Source of the DNA: Rotaria socialis | Lineage: Eukaryota | DNA: 64,000 bases | Assembly: GCA_905331295.1 (NCBI GenBank) | Contig: CAJNYD010000062.1 | Span: 124,001-188,000 of the forward strand | Direction of reading: 5' to 3' | Shown here: positions 29,276 through 41,940 of the stretch, one piece after another | How the letters are laid out: each line of letters begins with the position of its first letter | Numbering within the stretch: position 1 is the first letter of the stretch | Notes under the pieces: model-generated | What the model saw: only the letters and a program-made list of their open reading frames with translations | The model's database searches: none | Told to the model about the DNA's origin: nothing | Translations under genes and position numbers: made by a program

Positions 29276-31954
29276 ATTGACGAACCGCTATTGTAAACTT
29301 TTAACAGAATTGTTTTCAGGTTTATTCGTTTGAATAAAATTCTATGAGGGTACTAAATACAGAATTGAAAGCTTGTTACTTGAATAAGAACATAGCACCG
29401 TTCTATAGCATCCTAATCCTATTAGAAAGATTTCAGTTATGATGGTGCATTTTTTCTTACTTTATTTCTTCCGAAGTAGACGAAACTTCTTTGTCTCAGT
29501 TCTTGATATCGGCTTTTTATGAATTTCCTGGATAGTTGATCAAAAAAATAGTAATAAGCAGCATACGAAAAGACTTTTGATTTTTTTCCGAAGATCTTCC
29601 GTGTGCGAAAGCAAGGAGAAAGGGCAATGGCGAGTTCAATGGTTCATGTGTTTTGCAGATATTTTCGCATTGTAACCTAAAAGGACTAACTGACAGGTGC
29701 GTCATAAATCTAACAATAAAAACGATCCCCTAAACACGCTAAAAATATTAGTAGGGCAAACCCATTGTAACTCCTAGCATACCAAAGAGCGCAGTATAAT
29801 TTATAGGGTTAAAGCTAGTCATTCTTCTACGAATTGTGCTATTAAATATATTTTTATGAGTATCCCAGTATTTTGAAGAAGAAAGATGACGGATCCTGCA
29901 TAATCTGTAGAGAAATTTTGACTATTATGAACAAATATTAACCTAAAATACTAAGTTTTCCTCTCCTTTAGTATTTACTACTGTTGCAGTCACGTATTTT
30001 CCTCATAGCAATGATGTGTATCCATCCAAACAATTTATTAAATTTAAAATTTAAATTCTGAAAGTTTTCATTTTATTTAAATTTAACTTTATAGAATTTA
30101 ATTTAAAATTAATTTAACTTTTCACGAAGTTAAATTTAAATTAAATAAACTGTAAATTGACACCACTAATAATCTATGAGCATATCTCATAAACTCAAGT
30201 TTTGACATTTACTTGCTTGACGTTGTCTTGTAGATAATTGTTTGAGATGTGATGAAATCAGCGGTAAAACGCTACTTTCGTACGAAAAACATCACCAATT
30301 TTATTCGAACAAAAGATAATTATAACTCAGCATCATTTTTTGTAGAATTTTAAAGATAATCATAGAAAATTCTTGAAAATACATCAAAATTTATCATTGT
30401 AGTGTAAAGTAGCTCAATCTCTAGCATGCACTGAATCTATGAGATCTAAACGAGTATGAAGATTTCGATTCAGTGGTGAGAGCTAACAATTTTGTGTCAT
30501 TATGAAAAAAAGATTAAAAGTACGGCATGAGGAAAATTGAATAGATTGAGATTTATTGACTTTTGTAGATTCTACATAGACATCTCATCTCCAGTGATGT
30601 CAATTGAAGGAAGGTTGTGAAATTTGTGCTGCTCGAATCCATAATAAATTATGTATAGTATAATTTTCTGCGAAATCGTAGATCGAGCGTAGAAGTAAAA
30701 CCTATCTTCGGATATCTTAATTTAACAGCCATTTATGTGTCAAAAGCTGCGTTAAAACTAAAACTAAGAAATTTTGATATAAGGGATATATGCATAGATG
30801 CACCTTTTTCTCCAGTTTATTTTTCGTATTTTAATTACTGATTGTTGTATGCTTTTATTGATATCAAACTAGATATGAATGCTTTTTTCGAAATAAATTT
30901 TCGAACATGTTAACTGCTATGGCAGTACGCAGATGATATTTATCAGCACTTTCTTCCTAAATGAGATGATCAATGCTATATTCAAACTACATTAATTGTT
31001 CAGACGCTAAGAACTAATTTTTTAAATATTTCATTAAACTTATTAAAACTTAAATACACATGCAAAGACGAAAATGTGTTCATGGAAGAGTGTGAGATAT
31101 TTACACCTAGTTTTAGAAGATTTTCGCTGTTTTCAGACTGTAACGCATTTTGTTTGGTGAAAAAATCCGAAAACGAAAAATGAAAATTGAATACCTTCCG
31201 TATTTGAAAACTAGGATATGCAAGTGTTCACACACATCATAAATTGCTTGTTATGTATATCTTATCACTTACCTAATGTATGGGTATTGCTTTTTTTAGA
31301 CTTTACTATTCATAGTTGATTAGAAATCGACACAAAATCCTCACATATGACTAATAGAATTGCTTCAAATTTTGCTTGCTGAACAGACTCTTATTAATGT
31401 TGTATAATGGTAATCTTGTCCTTTCTGACTTACTACAATTCAATGAACATAAAATGTAATATGAACATAAGGCTAACATGCTAAAGTTAACTCGCTGATA
31501 TAGTAAAATTAATTTTATTCGAAAAATGATGAATAGGGCATTCTTTTTTCTACGAAAGAATTAAAATTCCATAAACTTCGATCATTACTCTCATGTATCA
31601 AAAAACACTTTGATCCCAATATAGATATCTTCTAGCCTAATGTATAATTTTCAAAATATAGATGGCGATAGATCTTAATGAAAACTGTCGCTTCGCAAAT
31701 TTTGGTTTTCTATGAAGTATTCTTTTATATTCGACTAATAGAAATTCTTCTTGTGTGACCAACCAACTTACTCAGAAAAGATAAATTAAATCAATCAACA
31801 AAGTTTTATTGAAGGGGTTATTGCATTTGTTTTTATTTGCATTTTTTATTCGAAACTCAACTTTGTCTTCTTAGACTAAATAATTTAACATATCATTGGT
31901 CGTTATTTAAGACTTTAATAAGAGATTCTTTTCATTCATATTATATTTTCTCAG

Positions 31955-32770
31955 ATGATGTCATTCGAGCAACATACATGGCCGTTTCGTGTAATGACTT
32001 ACAATATTCGTTTGGATACTATTATTGATGGTCGAAATCAATGGTATTTTCGTAAAGATCGTGTTATTAATCTTATTCAACATTATTTACCTGATATTCT
32101 TGGCGTTCAAGAATGTCTTCCTAAGCAGATGACAGATTTAACATCTGGATTATCGAATTACGGTTCTTATGCTGTTGGTCGAAACGATGGAAAAGATAAT
32201 GGCGAGTGCTGTGCCATATTTTATCGGCATGATCGTTTTGAACTCAATGATAAAGGTACTTTCTGGTTGTCAGAAACACCAGATAAACCTGGTACTAAAG
32301 GATGGGATGCAGCTTTGCCACGTATATGCAGCTGGGTCAAACTCAGAGATCGACTGATGAACAAAGAAATGTTTTATTTCAATACTCATTTTGATCACAA
32401 AGGTCTAGTAGCTCGTCGAGAAAGTGCTAAACTTATCTTAACTCGTATAGAACAGATAGTTGGATATGCAACACATGCAATTTTGACTGGTGACTTCAAT
32501 TCAGGGCCTGAATCAGATGCTTATCGTACAATTACAAATAACATAAACTTCGCAGATGCAAAGCTTTCGACAGCATCTGTTCATTCTGGTCCTGATGGCA
32601 CTTGGTCTACCTTTGACGTAAAATATGATATAGGTGATCGAATAGATTACATTTTCATTACGCCAGCACGTTTAGAAGTGCTACGACATGCACATTTAAC
32701 TGATTCCAATAATAAGTTTTATCCCTCAGATCATCTACCGGTTTTGGCAGAACTGACTTATAGAAATTAG
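31955..32770 (+). CDS. Endonuclease/exonuclease/phosphatase (EEP) family protein, bacterial-like, coding region intronless
   Basis: VMTYNIR, PDILGVQE, GTFWLSETP, WDAALPRICSW, FNTHFDH, LTGDFN, RIDYIF, PSDHLPV. Confidence 0.92.
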   Translation: MMSFEQHTWPFRVMTYNIRLDTIIDGRNQWYFRKDRVINLIQHYLPDILGVQECLPKQMTDLTSGLSNYGSYAVGRNDGKDNGECCAIFYRHDRFELNDKGTFWLSETPDKPGTKGWDAALPRICSWVKLRDRLMNKEMFYFNTHFDHKGLVARRESAKLILTRIEQIVGYATHAILTGDFNSGPESDAYRTITNNINFADAKLSTASVHSGPDGTWSTFDVKYDIGDRIDYIFITPARLEVLRHAHLTDSNNKFYPSDHLPVLAELTYRN

Positions 32771-34377
32771 CACAACAATTAATCTAACTTATTTTACCCG
32801 ATAGATGAATCTTTATGTGTTAAATCATATGTTATTTTTGTTGCATATTTCTATCATTAACCTAGAATTGCATGAACTACTTTGAAAATGAAAACACCAT
32901 GATCATTACTTATTCGAGCAAGACTATTCCAGTATAATAGTGTTACTTTCAGTCAGAGTAAATACTTGTTAGAGTCAATATCTAGTTAAAACAAAAATTA
33001 TAACATAGAAAGTTTGGCAGAAAGTGTTCTTCGACATTTCCCAAGTTTTGTTTTTTGGTAGTTCTCAGTGTTCTTTGATTAAATGCACAATAACACTTAA
33101 ACACATCATCAAACTTTGAAAATAGTTTCTACAGAATTTGGAAGAAGGGATTCAATGAAATTATCGAAAATATAAAGAAATTAATGTAGTTTTTCATGAA
33201 TTTAAAACTAAACTTTCAGCATAGGTATCAAAAATATTATCAATGCAATTGAATTTTTCCGAAAAGTTCGTAGCATGATTTCATGAAACTAACCGAAGTC
33301 ATTTTGACCTCAATAGATCGTTAGAGACGTTATGTATCAAAAAATAGCATAGGCTTCGAAAAGAGTTTCTCAATACTGTCGGACTACGCTTTGAGAAAAT
33401 TCAGCTAACACCGTATAACCCAGAAAAAACGAATCTGACAATGCACACCTCAGTCAGTGTTTTCCTTCATTTTAGGTCTATCCTAGATCAATGAGGTACG
33501 GTCAGAAAATGTTAGGCACTTGGAATCTAGAATTTTTCGCCCGACAACGACGTGTATTTCCTGCAGATTTCTACTAGAAATTAGCGGGATCCAGCGGTGA
33601 AGTCATTACCTTCGGATTCTATCTATTTATTATTGGCGACATTATTCGTGTCCACTCTGTTTTATTATTTTACTATAACATATGACGTAGCTGTCTAGTT
33701 AATTATTTAATTGATCAGTGAGAAAGTCATACGATACTAACATCAGATAGTAATATCTATGGATAACAATATACTGCAATATTGTTGATACAGCGGTAAT
33801 TATTTATTAAATCTATAAATCGTTTCTCGTATAAGATCATGAGCTCATGGTCATGTCGCATTAAGTATCAGTCATTTATTACATTGATAATTCACACCAA
33901 TAGCATAAATAAGAAACTAATTATTTTCAACAATTGTAAATATACATTCTGGAAGAGGTAAAAACTGCATAAGAATAAAATATCTGAGGCAATAATTTCT
34001 CTTAAACTTAGTAATGAACTATTGCTAAATTGGTTATCTCATGTGAATACTTTGATATGATAAACTATTTCAAGTATTTATAGGATTGCAGTACTACAAC
34101 ACTTATGAGAATGAGAATGGATAGGACAAAGAGCAAAACAAAGTGAGTAGTTCAGCCTCTAGGTTGAAGTCTAGTCCGTCCTATGAAAGATGATCCTGCG
34201 TAAAACTCAGCTGATTTATATCTTCTCCTTTCTTTAATCCAAAATTCATCTCAAAATGCCTAGCATCTATTGCGTTTCAATCTTTACTGGTTATGATTTT
34301 AAACTTTTTTCCTCTACTATTCTGTCTATCGCATTGTTCAAAAGTAGACTGGCGCTTTATTATTAGTCGAATTAGTA

Positions 34378-34782
34378 CAGCTTCGCCTACTCCAACTTCG
34401 CCGAATAAAAATCCTGATCGAAAAATATCGAATCAAATTTGATCCATTCTATATATAGAATTTTATTCTAACTCACTACTTTAATAGTGACTTGACTAAT
34501 TAACCCCATCTGACTTGGTAGCCAACTGACTTGGTAACCATCTGAGTTGGTAACCAACTGAGTGAGTAATAAACTGAGTTGATAACCCACACCCACCCTC
34601 ACACCTGTTGGAACAAGGCACCAGATGTAATTCACTTGGTCATCAAGTCAGATGGGTTAATTAATCAAGCCACTATTAGAGTAGTTGGTTAGGATAAAAT
34701 TCTACATGTAGAATGGGTCAAATTTGATTCGATATTTTTCGGTCAAGATTTTTATTCAGCGAAGTTGGAGTCGGTGAAGCTG
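34378..34782. mobile_element. Foldback/MITE with ~140-bp imperfect terminal inverted repeats
   Basis: Left arm CAGCTTCGCCTACTCCAACTTCGCCGAATAAAAATC...CCATCTGACTTG is the reverse complement of right arm CAAGTCAGATGG...GATTTTTATTCAGCGAAGTTGGAGTCGGTGAAGCTG. The left flank is TA; the right flank is GA, so the TSD is not intact. Confidence 0.85.
34508..34587 (+). repeat. Five tandem copies of a 16-bp unit (consensus AWCTGASTTGGTAACC) inside the foldback element
   Basis: atctgacttggtagcc/aactgacttggtaacc/atctgagttggtaacc/aactgagtgagtaata/aactgagttgataacc. Confidence 0.85.
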
Positions 34783-35021
34783 GAATTTGCCTTATTAGCC
34801 TGCATTGCCACCGACACACGAAAAGAATTCGAAAGAATACAGAGCGAAAAAAGAAATCAGTCACCAGTTAGCTTTTTTCAAATGTTTCATGTCTTTCTCG
34901 ACGACGGAAGAAAATTAACCAATCGTTTAAATAGCAAGACAAATGTTGTCTTTGCACCGATAGAGACATTTGTTAAAGTGTGACACGTCGAAATACGATT
35001 GTTGTGTGAATAAAAAATAAA

Positions 35022-37466
35022 ATGGCATCATTATGTGATCGATCATCAGAAACGAATAGGGAGAATATTACCCTGATTTGGTTTGATTCAAAAATTGGTG
35101 AGATGAATTCAATGGCAGATAGAATGAAGAGTTTACGTGAGATCAATGATTATGTTCTCGCTTACAATAACATAGAAGAATGCATTTCATACATTAAATC
35201 AGTCACCGACGAAAAACTTTTTTTGATTACTTCAGAAATATGGGCAACAATTTTGTTACCTCCTATTATTGATTTAAAACAACTCGAATCAGTATTCATA
35301 TATTGTACATGGCGTGAAGAAAACTTAGACTTGATGGAAAGATTTTCCAAGATATCCGGCATATTCACTGATAGAATAGAGCTAGACGCAAACCTTTGTA
35401 AAAAACTTCGTTTATTCAATAAACAAGTGGAAACATTCAGTTTCTATGATCAAAAACAGAAAATTTCGATCAATGTATCAGAACGGGCCGCAGAATTTCT
35501 TTGGTAAGAATCTTTTTCGCAATTATCGAAATTCAATTTTAGAGCAATAAACTTTGCGTAAAAATAAAGGAGTCTTATCATTAGCAGCTTTGTGAAATAA
35601 AAGAGTTTGTAGAACCTCTTAATACAACAGATAGACAATTAAAAAAAGTCCTGATAAAATAGCTGTTGTCATTGGATTTTATATACTATTCTTTGTATTC
35701 AAAGGTTTCAATTATGTAGCAATGTCATTGTTTCTTTTCCTTCAAATCCTAAGGCCAAAAAACAAATGATTCATGCATGTCGCAATTATTATCAAGGGAA
35801 TGAAAGGGCATTAAAATCAATTGATGAATTTGAAAATTCTTATACAAGTGAGAATTGCATTCAATGGTATACACGAGAGACGTTTGTCTATAAAATGTTA
35901 AATAAAGCACTACGTACAGAAGATATTCAACAACTGTATACTTTTCGCTTCTTTATTGCTGATCTGTCGTTGACCTTGGCACGTGAACACAATAAAATGA
36001 TGGTGGAGACTGATAATGAGATATTCACAACTGTCTATCGTGGTGTACGATTAACATTGACTGAACTTGAAGAATTTCGATCCAATGAGGGTAAACTCAT
36101 TTCCATTAATGGTTATTTATCCACAAGTCGTTCACGTTCCATAGCAATTAATTTTGCTATAAAGGATAAAAATCAGTCTGACTCTGTTCCAGTACTATTT
36201 GAGATTGAATGTCGAAACGAAGAGGAAACGTCTTCTGTCTTTGCCGATATAACAAATTTCAGTGATTTTCCTGACGAACAAGAAGTATTATTTGACTTGG
36301 GTGCCGTTTTTAAAGTTCAATCGGTTACTGAAGAAGATGATCTTTGGAAAATTTCATTGAGTGTAACAGGTGAAGGACAAGAAATAGCTAGACAGTATAT
36401 CGAAGAAACAAAGAATGAAATGCAAGGAAATAGTGTATCAATATTATTTGGATCACTATTGACTCGGATGGGTCACTATCAGGCAGCTCAAACTTATTTT
36501 CAACAATTATTAAGAGAGCCTGGAAATGAAAATCTTGCATATATCCATAATCAACTTGGCCTAGTATGTCAGGCCAATGCTGAATATGAGCAAGCTATGC
36601 ATCATTTTGATGTAGCCTATCAACTGATGAGAAAATCCCATCCATCTTTGCTTCGAGAATCCACACATATATTACGTAACATGAGCCATGTTTTAGTTGA
36701 ACAAGGTCAATATGAGGAAGCGCTTAAGTACTGTAATAGAGCAAGACAAATATTGGAAGAATTTAATGATTTGTGTCAACTCGAAATGGCTCATTGCCTG
36801 CATAATATTGGATCGTGTTATCGAGGACTACGCAAGTATCGTGAAGCACTGAATTATTATGAACAAGCACTGAATATCAAGCGAGCTTGTTTACCTAAAA
36901 TTCATGTTCACATTGCTGAAACTGTAAATTCAATCGGTGTCGTTCATCTAATGACCAAAGATAGTGAAAAAGCATTCAATTTTTTTCTTTCGTCTTTTCA
37001 AATCTATGAAGCATGTTTACCCGAAGATCATTCTGATATCGCTAATGTTCTTCATAATATTGCAGATGTTTATCAGACTAAAAGTCAACATGAAAAAGCT
37101 CTCAATCATTATTATCTGGCACTAGCTATGAAAAAAAAGTGCTTTCCTTCAGATCATCCAGCAATTGCTGCAACTCTTAATAGTATCTCTACCGTTCTCA
37201 GCGCGAAAGGAGAAAAAGTGAAAGCCCTAGAACTGTGTTTGCAAGCGTTAAAAATGCGTGAACGAGTATTGCCCTTTGATCATCCTGATCTTGCAATAAG
37301 TTTCAGTAGTGCAGGACATAAATATGAAGCAATGGAAGAGAATCAACTTGCTTTAGAATATTTTGAGAAAGCATGGAAAATTCGGGCAAAAATTTTTCCA
37401 GAAGATGACCCAGCGCGTAAAAGATCAGTAAGACATGTAGTCCGTATGAAATGGAAAACAACTTGA
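35022..37466 (+). CDS. NAD(P)+-arginine ADP-ribosyltransferase (R-S-E clade) fused to a TPR array; exons 35022-35503 and 35705-37466
   Basis: Intron TG|gtaag...aag|G rejoins FLWFQL. Receiver-like N-terminus (ITLIWFD); WYTRETFVYKMLNKALR; ART motifs VYRG, YLSTS, FPDEQEVLFDLG; about 7-8 42-aa TPRs (e.g. HSDIANVLHNIADVY). Confidence 0.92.
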
Positions 37467-37949
37467 AGAAAAGTCATTTTCTTTTTTGTTTGTATTTAAT
37501 TTTAGAAGTTGATTGTCAAATGAAATTTTATCGTTATTGTTCTGTCTAATAAAATCGACATTTGTTTTAATCATTAGAAATGAAAAATGGTTTTTATGTT
37601 ACAAAATTAACAGAACAAAGAGAACACAAAAGGTGTTTCATATACTGATATTAGAGAATAATACACACAAAATACATACATTGAGTTTTTCACATACTCT
37701 CAATATTTATTATATCATTGATGTTCTATTACCAACAATACGTCGAGTCAATCGAAATATGAATGGTGAATATAATAGACGAACTGGTTTCGTAGCGAGG
37801 CTATACTTCTATATTTCCTATGTTTCTTAAATGGATCCTATCCTATCACAGACTGTTTTAAGCTTTTTTTTTCTATATTCCTCTTTTTTTTTGAAAAAAC
37901 TGAATTATTCTTGCAAAAATTGAGTTAGCTCGTATCTTAAACATTATCA

Positions 37950-38400
37950 TTAGCAGATTCAGAATCACTCACAACTTCGATCGCTAATCTCTGTAACATA
38001 GCACAAGTGCGAAAGAAAATATATTTATTAAAGTTGAAAGTTGGAATCTTAACACATGTATCAGTTGTCCAGGTAAAATAAGAAACTGAACTTTTTCAAT
38101 ACAATTTTGATTGAGTTGTGAAGCTCGTACGTTTCCAGAATTTCTCTTTCTAGACCTTACTGATCAATTGTCCGGGATGTTGAATTTAAGAGTACTCTTG
38201 TTCGATGACTAGTATACTTCCCAGAGTCTTTAAACAATCTGGCAGTAATTTCATAACAATAAGATCCTGCTCGTAACTAAAAGCGTCCGATGAAAGAATG
38301 AAAACATACAACATTAGAAAGGCTGCATATTATTTCTCGTATTCATTTAGTGTATCATGATACATGAAATATTGTTTCTTACTGAATTATGTACATGAAA
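37950..38400 (-). mobile_element. Possible decayed Harbinger/ISL2EU (DDE_Tnp_4-like) transposase C-terminus
   Basis: Broken minus-strand fragments LSSDAFSYEQDLIV, HPGQLISK and KIPTFNFNKYIFFRTCAML recall DDE_Tnp_4 C-terminal motifs; many stops. Confidence 0.3.
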
Positions 38401-39840
38401 AAATATAAATTTATTTGTAAAGAAGAGCGAACTTCATGATTTAATATAAAAATGATGACAATTCAAGCATACTATAACGAGTCAACAAAATCATCTACTG
38501 TTTATAAATAAATTGATGGTATTTTTCTTTTGATACTACGAACACAAATGCAAAACATATTTTTATATGAATCGATTTTTCCTGTTAATTGAGAACTTAT
38601 AAATGAAATTTTCAGACCCGAACTCGATGATCTTTATTGGGTTATATTAAAAGCTATTTTGCTGATTAGGAGAAGCTGAAGAAAGAAAAAACTATATAAA
38701 ACAAGATTCTTTCTATCTTTCGAAAGCTTTATAGAATAATTATGCATAGAAGTGAAGATGTAGTAGAGATTCGTATTCAGATTCAGAATCAGGCAGTCAT
38801 AAACCAACGACGAGACATGTCCATATTCGCATTCAATTAGCGTGATTTCATCGTCTTTCTGTTCATAAAAAATCGTTCCGATTGCGACTTGAGAAATTTA
38901 AAACGTGAGTGAGTTTTAATTTCAAGTCAAACTGAAATGGTTCGATTGTATATTTTCATAAGCACTATGATCATATTAGCAAAAGTTATGGTTTGTATTT
39001 TTGAACAAAAAAAAGTCTTTTTATGGTTTATCCATGACATTTGATTCTGTTTATATTTATGTTGAAGTTCAAGTTATGCGCATAACGCGCATAGAGTAGT
39101 TGGAATTAAAATTAAGCATGAATAAACGCTATTACTCCTTTGAGGAACAAAATTCTTGTTTCACTTGTTCACAAATCGAAAATATTCTTTTATTTAACGT
39201 ACGCAGTTTATGTAATAACAAGCAACTTGTCATCTACAATGTTTCTTATATCTTTTTATAGAGTTTTAAAAACTCTCTTAGTGGAAATCAGTGCCCTATA
39301 TATACCCTATATTGTTGAAGAACATCCCGGTATTAATACTGTCTTATAATTGCAATGCATTCCTATTTTGTTTTAAACGTGACGCTACGCAACCATGTTA
39401 ACATGCTTCTATACTAGCTTCTTTAGCTCCACTGATGTTCTCTTTTTTAAATGACATAACAATGTCATTACAATAATATTATATATCTTTTTACTGTATT
39501 GACAAGTTTCATGGATGATCTGATTCATATGAATCATTTCATTTATGTTCATAATTGAATATGATGTTGAATATTGCTTCTCGCGGTTTATAAAAATAAT
39601 TGTATAAATCAAAATAACATTACAGTTCACATTAAATATCAATTCATATTTTCGTTAATTTTTCTAAGTTCATGTTTGTCATGCGATGTCAGAATATGTG
39701 CGTCTGTGAGAAAAGAGTTTATATATAATATTAGATGACTTATTAACATTCTAAATAAGATACATTTTTCAATAACAACTTTAAAAAAATGATTTCAGTA
39801 TTTTTGAGTCATATAATACATGAAATTAATATATAATATA

Positions 39841-40794
39841 TCATGGTTTTTTCATTACACACAAACCGTATGGTCTAATATCAGTAGCGTCAGGCGATAT
39901 CCAATATTCACCATTTCCAGTTTTGTCAGGCAAGAGTTTCACTAAAGTTTTTGGGTTGACGCGATTTTGCAGAATAATTAAATACTGTTGTCCATCTTTG
40001 ACAAAAGGTTTCGCAAAGCCTTTTGCAATGTTGACGTCTGGTGTTGAATAAATACCACGACCATGAGCAAAACGTTTATGCTTTGTTAGATCATAGCCCA
40101 TTTGTGCAATCGAACTCACTGCATCGTGTTTTGTTCCATGATAAGATACTGGCCATTCATTTGAATTATTATTCGAACCAAGCCAAATTTCATCTTCATA
40201 CTTGCCTGCTACTCTAATCGCAAAGCGTTTCCATCCGCATGGTCGACGATATTCAATACTACCACGGGTAAAAGTTTTCCCATTATCATTAATATTAGTA
40301 AAATCATAGTCGTACTTGCTGTCCAATGAATTTTTATCCAAGACTAACAAGTCAGTATCCATTGATCGCAAACGTACGACAGTTACTTGACTAGAATCTT
40401 GAATATCATATTCACTAAGTAGATGGCCTTCATCGATTTCTTGTCCGCAATGAATTAAATTTTGTTTGCTACATAATAAGCCTTCTTTCTCATAAATTAT
40501 CTGTTTCAGTTTATCGACACTTGCATCACATTCAATCACACAAGGGAACGTTGTTTTCGTTGCTAGAATTGTAATGTATAGTGTCATGAACGATTCATCG
40601 CTATTTGTATCATGTTGACCAACTTTTCCGTAGATAAAGCATGCTAAATGCTGATTGAATATAGAAATTTTGCTTATATGCTGCTGTGATTGTTCTGATA
40701 CACTGGATTCAGGTAGAATGTTTTTACCCAATATTGCTGAAAGCGCTGCAGCTAATATTTGTTCATTGTCATTGGTAGAAGAACCTATCGACAT
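39841..40794 (-). CDS. Ubiquitin-like domain fused to an H-Y-E-type ADP-ribosyltransferase-like domain (NEURL4/Gig2-like), intronless, 317 aa
   Basis: UBL: SVDKLKQIIYEKEG...QNLIHCGQEIDEGHLLSEYDIQDSSQVTVVRLR. ART-like: YRRPCGWKRFAIRV, WPVSYHGT, GRGIYSTP, ILQNRVNP, GEYWI, IRPYGLC. Confidence 0.8.
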   Translation of the reverse strand: MSIGSSTNDNEQILAAALSAILGKNILPESSVSEQSQQHISKISIFNQHLACFIYGKVGQHDTNSDESFMTLYITILATKTTFPCVIECDASVDKLKQIIYEKEGLLCSKQNLIHCGQEIDEGHLLSEYDIQDSSQVTVVRLRSMDTDLLVLDKNSLDSKYDYDFTNINDNGKTFTRGSIEYRRPCGWKRFAIRVAGKYEDEIWLGSNNNSNEWPVSYHGTKHDAVSSIAQMGYDLTKHKRFAHGRGIYSTPDVNIAKGFAKPFVKDGQQYLIILQNRVNPKTLVKLLPDKTGNGEYWISPDATDIRPYGLCVMKKP

Positions 40795-41398
40795 GACTTG
40801 AATTTAAAATTCAACGTGATACTTTGTAACAGATTGAAATATATTCGCTGTTACTTTGTCGTTCAGTATTAAATTGGAAAAAAGAAAGTCTATTCATCAT
40901 GACGAAAAAATTCTTGTTTCTCTTTTCTTGTTTTATTTCTCTCCAAAGAATAAAACACAAAATAAGAGAAACAGAACAACAAAATATTACAGGTACGTCA
41001 CTACTTTGAGAGCCAACTTAAAACTTCGCCATACTACATCAACAAACAGTGTGTTGTTTCAAGTCAGCGTCACCATAATGAAGAAAAACGAATCAATGTG
41101 TGCACATGGTAAACACAAATATAAATTTCATGAGAGATAACTTTCATTACGTCTATTATTCCTAACTGATTGTAAACGGTTATAAATACGTATATAAATT
41201 AAATAGTGGATGACTTTTTATACATGTATACGTATTTAATAGTAAGAAATAATTTCAGAGAAAAAACGTTTCATCTATATTTAACAATAAATTCGATGAT
41301 GGGAAGCATATTAACTTGAAAATACATAAAAATGTACTACAACAAAAAAGAAATTCTCTTTCTTTGCATTATATTTGATCGCATATTTCAGATATCTA

Positions 41399-41940
41399 AT
41401 GGCATCACCCATTGCATATCAGCGAAAGCATGCGCTAATCATCGGTGTTAATCAATATCAACGTGATTCATTACAATACTGTAGTAATGATGCTGAAGAT
41501 TTGAGTAATACTCTTCGACGTATCGATTTTGACATAAGTCTAGGACTGAACTGTGATCAGAGGCAATTCCACGAGATAATTGATCAATTTACTAAAACAA
41601 TTCAACGCGATGNGGGTTATTTTATTTTGCTGGTCATGGCAAACAATTGGGTGATGAAAATTATTTGTTACCATCAGATTATGATTATAATTTTTGAGGT
41701 CAAGAACGTGATTACATTGCGAATCATGCTATTGATGTACAATATATTATGAAGAAAATAGATGATAAATCATATTGTGTTACAATCTATATATTTGCCT
41801 GTTGCAGAAAATTGATTCGAGCTCGTACCACAAATATAAAGCAAGGTCTAGCGTCTATGCATGCTCCTCCGAAATCTTCTATTGTATATGCTTGCGCCCC
41901 AGGTAAAGCAGTGTTAAACGATATTTTCATTGAAAACTTC
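41399..41940 (+). pseudogene. Disrupted caspase-like (peptidase C14, bacterial/metacaspase-like) gene
   Basis: RKHALIIGVNQY...NDAEDL...LFYFAGHG...NYLLPSD...IYIFACCR...IVYACAPG. Frame change at the N (41613), in-frame TGA at 41695-41697, D-to-A before the Cys motif, truncated near 41940. Confidence 0.8.

Noticed and set aside
30036..30170. TTAAATTTAA-rich quasi-palindromic patch ending in GACACCACT
   Set aside because: Low complexity; only one possible TIR end was found.
34508..34587. Short tandem repeats as a possible CRISPR array
   Set aside because: The units are contiguous with no spacers, lie inside a foldback element in eukaryotic DNA, and there are no cas genes.
41695..41697. In-frame TGA in the caspase-like gene (and at 43051 in VPS13) as recoding or selenocysteine
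   Set aside because: Other lesions accompany them (TAA stop, truncation, D-to-A change), and intact genes here use TGA as a stop; ordinary nonsense mutations are simpler.
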